In this document: positions 62,461 to 64,000 of the stretch, in pieces
Layout: every line of letters begins with the position of its first letter
How positions within the stretch are numbered: the first letter of the stretch is position 1
From: Psammoneis japonica
Lineage: Eukaryota
Direction: 5' to 3'
NCBI GenBank assembly: GCA_008632985.1
Contig: QPGO01000206.1
Coordinates: 1-64,000 of the forward strand
Length of the DNA: 64,000 nt
The notes under the pieces: generated by a model
Databases searched by the model: none
Told to the model about the DNA's origin: nothing
What the model saw: only the letters and a program-made list of their open reading frames with translations
Position numbers and translations under genes: made by a program

Positions 62461-62819
62461 TTGCAAAGTGACGGAACTGAAGCAGTAACAACTGGGGGAA
62501 CGACGACGGTCTAAAGTGAACGACTAACTTCAAACTGTATGTCGATAGCTTCGAAGGTACAGCACAGGGCGCCGCCGTAATGTTACCGGTGCTACCGGGA
62601 CTACCGGTAGGTGCAGCGCGCTGTGCTGCTGTCCGCTAGCTGAAGATTTTTGATGAACGCTGGACAGACACGTCTTCTTTTGCAGCAGGCCAGCGCGCTG
62701 GCTGGAGACTTCCCAGTCTTCTTCCGTACCACTTACAGACCTCCCAGAAGGGAGTGGAGATCTCGAGACGCTTTACTTCCCCAATTCCATACCGGTACAT
62801 CCAACAAACTTTCACCACC

Positions 62820-64000
62820 ATGACGCCGAGACTTGTGTATTCGTCGACGTTGCAACGATTGGCACGTAGTATCCATGTTTCTCGCTCTCGTAGCGTGAAT
62901 GTGAGAGCACTGAGTGCAGTTAGTCCGAGTTTCAGTTTCACGGGCCAAGAAACGAACTCCGTGCTTGAGGATGCAACCTACCGCTACTATGCGAAGCAGT
63001 GTTTCTCGACCGCAAAGGACGACAAGAACGAGCAGACGGAAGCAAAACCCGATAAGGAGGTAGCCCCCAACACCAACACGACATCCATGGAGTTCCAGGC
63101 AGAAACTCGACAGCTCTTGGATATTGTGACTCATTCTCTCTACACGGAGAAGGAAGTTTTTCTACGTGAATTGGTGAGCAACGCGAGCGATGCTCTGGAG
63201 AAACTCCGACACCTCCAATCAGGAGACCAAAGCACCATTGAGGCAGACTTGCCACTGGAGATTCATATTGAAACCGATGAAGTGAACGGAACTGTCACCA
63301 TTCGTGATACAGGAATTGGATTGACTCGCGACGAAATGATGACGAATCTGGGAACAATTGCAAAGTCAGGTTCAAAACAGTTTGTGCAGGATATGGCGCA
63401 ACAAGATACCGACATGCTGGGTGGAGGCATTATTGGAAAATTTGGTGTGGGCTTTTATTCTGCATTTATGGTCGGAGATTCAGTTGAAGTACGTTCCAAA
63501 TCGGCTCTTGCAGAGAACAATGACGAAACAACCGTGCCGCAAGTGTGGACGTCCACGGGCCACGGAAAATACGATGTTTCAGACTTGTCACCTGATATCC
63601 GCCAAGACCGCGGATCTTCTGTTGTGATTCATCTCAAGGATGATCAGCTTCAATACAGTGACGAGAAAACAATCGAGAACATCTTGAAGAAGTACTCAAA
63701 CTTTGTCGGCTTTCCAATATTCCTTAATGGGAAACGCGTCAACACCATGGAGGCAATCTGGACGAAAATGCCATCCGAAGTCAAGGATGAAACATACACA
63801 GACTTTTACAAATTTGTCGCTCACGCCTATGATGAGCCGCTGGACAGGCTGCATTTCCGTGCAGACGCTCCTTTGGAAATTCAAGCACTGCTCTTTATCC
63901 CATCGTTTCATTCGGAAAAGTATGGAATGAACCGTATGGAACCGGGGGTTTCGTTGTACAGTCGCAAAGTGCTGATTGAATCCAAAAGTCCGGATATTTT
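62820..64000 (+). CDS. TRAP1: Mitochondrial Hsp90 (TRAP1/Hsp75), 3' part runs beyond the window
   Basis: Arg/Ser-rich presequence MTPRLVYSSTLQRLARS; MEFQAETRQLLDIVTHSLYTEKEVFLRELVSNASDALEKLR; DTGIG; NLGTIAKSGS; IIGKFGVGFYSAFMV; KKYSNFVGFPI. Open to the window end, which is why it is absent from the ORF track. Confidence 0.95.
   Translation, partial: MTPRLVYSSTLQRLARSIHVSRSRSVNVRALSAVSPSFSFTGQETNSVLEDATYRYYAKQCFSTAKDDKNEQTEAKPDKEVAPNTNTTSMEFQAETRQLLDIVTHSLYTEKEVFLRELVSNASDALEKLRHLQSGDQSTIEADLPLEIHIETDEVNGTVTIRDTGIGLTRDEMMTNLGTIAKSGSKQFVQDMAQQDTDMLGGGIIGKFGVGFYSAFMVGDSVEVRSKSALAENNDETTVPQVWTSTGHGKYDVSDLSPDIRQDRGSSVVIHLKDDQLQYSDEKTIENILKKYSNFVGFPIFLNGKRVNTMEAIWTKMPSEVKDETYTDFYKFVAHAYDEPLDRLHFRADAPLEIQALLFIPSFHSEKYGMNRMEPGVSLYSRKVLIESKSPDI

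Larger units (their letters stand above)
58135..62485. other. TpA-depleted block 4, lying between the divergent VPS16 and TRAP1 start codons
   Basis: Very few TA throughout. CpG is strongly reduced in the centre (about 58500-60150) but kept at both ends. Confidence 0.85.

Noticed and set aside
62575..62800. TACCGG/TACCGGTA motifs upstream of TRAP1 (also near 15583 and 54183) as a promoter element
   Set aside because: Short palindrome with few occurrences, and it also occurs in coding DNA. Function cannot be supported from this window.

Overview
Eukaryotic nuclear DNA, most probably from a diatom. The evidence is short GT-AG introns, bipartite plastid-type presequences, a CoDi-like Ty1/copia relic and diatom-type LRR, kinase and FYVE genes. 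Ordinary gene-dense segments carry POLA2, a membrane-anchored kinase, TruB, a J-domain protein, a TPR protein, an SNase nuclease, pyruvate kinase, a GNAT, VPS16 and TRAP1/Hsp90. These alternate with four sharply bounded blocks (about 6260-10190, 29460-41470, 43970-53880, 58135-62485; roughly 30 kb in total) holding decayed transposon and accessory sequence. The main discovery is that TpA dinucleotides have been almost erased in these blocks by TA->TG and TA->CA transitions on both strands, usually together with CpG decay. This runs opposite to fungal RIP. Support is internal to the window: Tyr->Cys/His and Val->Ala changes in copia catalytic motifs (YVDD->CVDD), a mutated/unmutated paralogue pair, differences between young tandem copies, and a strong sequence bias (TARA/TYTA) among the surviving TpAs. 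It looks like a targeted, context-specific hypermutation system acting on silenced or mobile DNA, and I do not know of a description of it in diatoms. A disrupted gene fusing an AlkB-like 2OG-Fe(II) dioxygenase to an SRA/YDG methyl-cytosine reader lies about 1 kb from the first block and is a speculative candidate for involvement. All counts are by eye. Several host genes carry single-base frameshifts that may be assembly errors.
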